Shown here one piece after another: positions 52,001 through 53,045 of a DNA stretch of 53,045 nt (position 1 is its first letter; every line of letters starts with the position of its first letter). This DNA comes from Catajapyx aquilonaris (taxonomy: Eukaryota), in contig JYFJ02002789.1 in the NCBI GenBank assembly GCA_000934665.2, positions 1-53,045 on the forward strand. The letters run 5' to 3'. The translations under genes and the position numbers were made by a program. The notes beneath the pieces are model-generated. The model saw only the letters and a list, made by a program, of their open reading frames with translations. It was not told the DNA's origin and did no database searches.

Positions 52001-53045
52001 AGGGGAGCAAACAGTGGTCCATAGGAAGAAGCCTCCCTCATAATTATCCTACCGTGAAAGCTAAATGAGACCATGTGAGCGCAATGTATGGAGGGTACAA
52101 AAACCTGAGGTGAAATGAGGGCGCAATGGACAAAATTATTTTATTCATTGCCGGCTTATTGATGAATTTAGTAGATTACAGTGTGTGAGTCGGAATATTA
52201 TATAGCTTTTTGATTAACTTTGCTGGCTCTTATTTTACCTGGTGGTCGAGGCAAGTAACTACAAAATTGACTAATATATTATTCCACACATGAATATGTA
52301 ATTTAACTTTTATCCACAATTCAGATGAAAGCCTGTTGGGTTTCTAAAGGCAAACTGACACGTTCGATTACTCAGAACCATAGTAAAAAAGTATTGGCAA
52401 TGGAACACTAAATATCAGCTCATATTTTAAAATATCAAAAATTAAAATTATGAGGTAATTTTCAGTTTAGCGTAACAAGCCACATGTGCAAATGTTCTCA
52501 AGGGTATAGATGGACACACAATATATTCTGCGAAGAATGGACGACCCCCCCTTCCCACTCTCTCCTCTCCCTCGCTTCCTCCACTAACAAGTTTTGCAAA
52601 AGGTTCCCCGCAGGAGTTCGTGCACTAGCCACAACATCGGGTTAATCTGGCCCTGTCCACGCCCAGCAGAAATTACAAGCAAGTTGTCCGCACAAACCTG
52701 ATGTAAAAAGAGGAGGTAAAATAAAGCTAAATAAAGCTTTGCATTCGAGCAACCACGCTCAACACCTTAGCTCACTTATCACACTCCCAGCATGCAACTT
52801 GCATTTCCTCCTTTGAAGTACCCCCTTGATGTAACCCACTGATTTCAAATAGAGAAAGCATATTGGTTTGAAACGTTTCTATACTCATACTTTGACTACG
52901 GTCTTATAACTAGGTAAAATAAATAAGTAAACACTAGTGACCTGGTTGCCAAAATTTGGCAAAAGCCATGATCAGTATGGCAGTGACAATTAAAGGATGT
53001 AATGAGATGGCCCGCCAATGTACCACATAGCGACATCTGACGGTA

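Noticed and set aside
36700..53045. Search for the upstream RRM exons (RNP2/RNP1) and a promoter
   Set aside because: No matching exon found by eye. They probably lie beyond the right edge, though a manual scan could miss them.

Overview
Eukaryotic, most likely arthropod/insect, genomic DNA. It has no long ORFs, and almost all of the ORF-track calls are noise. The window lies inside one large minus-strand gene. Four short coding exons can be read from splice signals and phase continuity: 36641-36563, an 18-nt microexon at 32840-32823, 13874-13687 and 9074-8940. Spliced (420 nt), they give (D)VNMVAEPKPHQTGRKRQNLAKTGNDWDYYYDSYYASASFAPGPHRWVPPLKRARLMVPPGPGPGPGPGPATRPLVKTPPPMKPAGAPLAQLKTYSTPDILICGNCREMFSELQELVEHKKSYCKLRFTCKCHTFNGLKP. 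This is the end of an hnRNP C/RALY-type RRM region, an NLS-like motif and a BCL11-type CCHC zinc finger. The 5' and 3' exons were not found and probably lie outside the window. The introns are full of mobile-element debris: a decayed Helitron (PIF1 helicase), non-autonomous Helitron/Helentron-like copies, tRNA-derived SINEs of two families, many MITEs (TA, TTA and 8-bp TSDs), a DDE_Tnp_4 transposase fragment, a possible LINE endonuclease relic, several near-perfect palindromes and microsatellites. I found no CRISPR, rRNA, true tRNA or prokaryotic-type system, and nothing I can defend as a wholly new biological system. Family assignments are from motif recall, not database searches.
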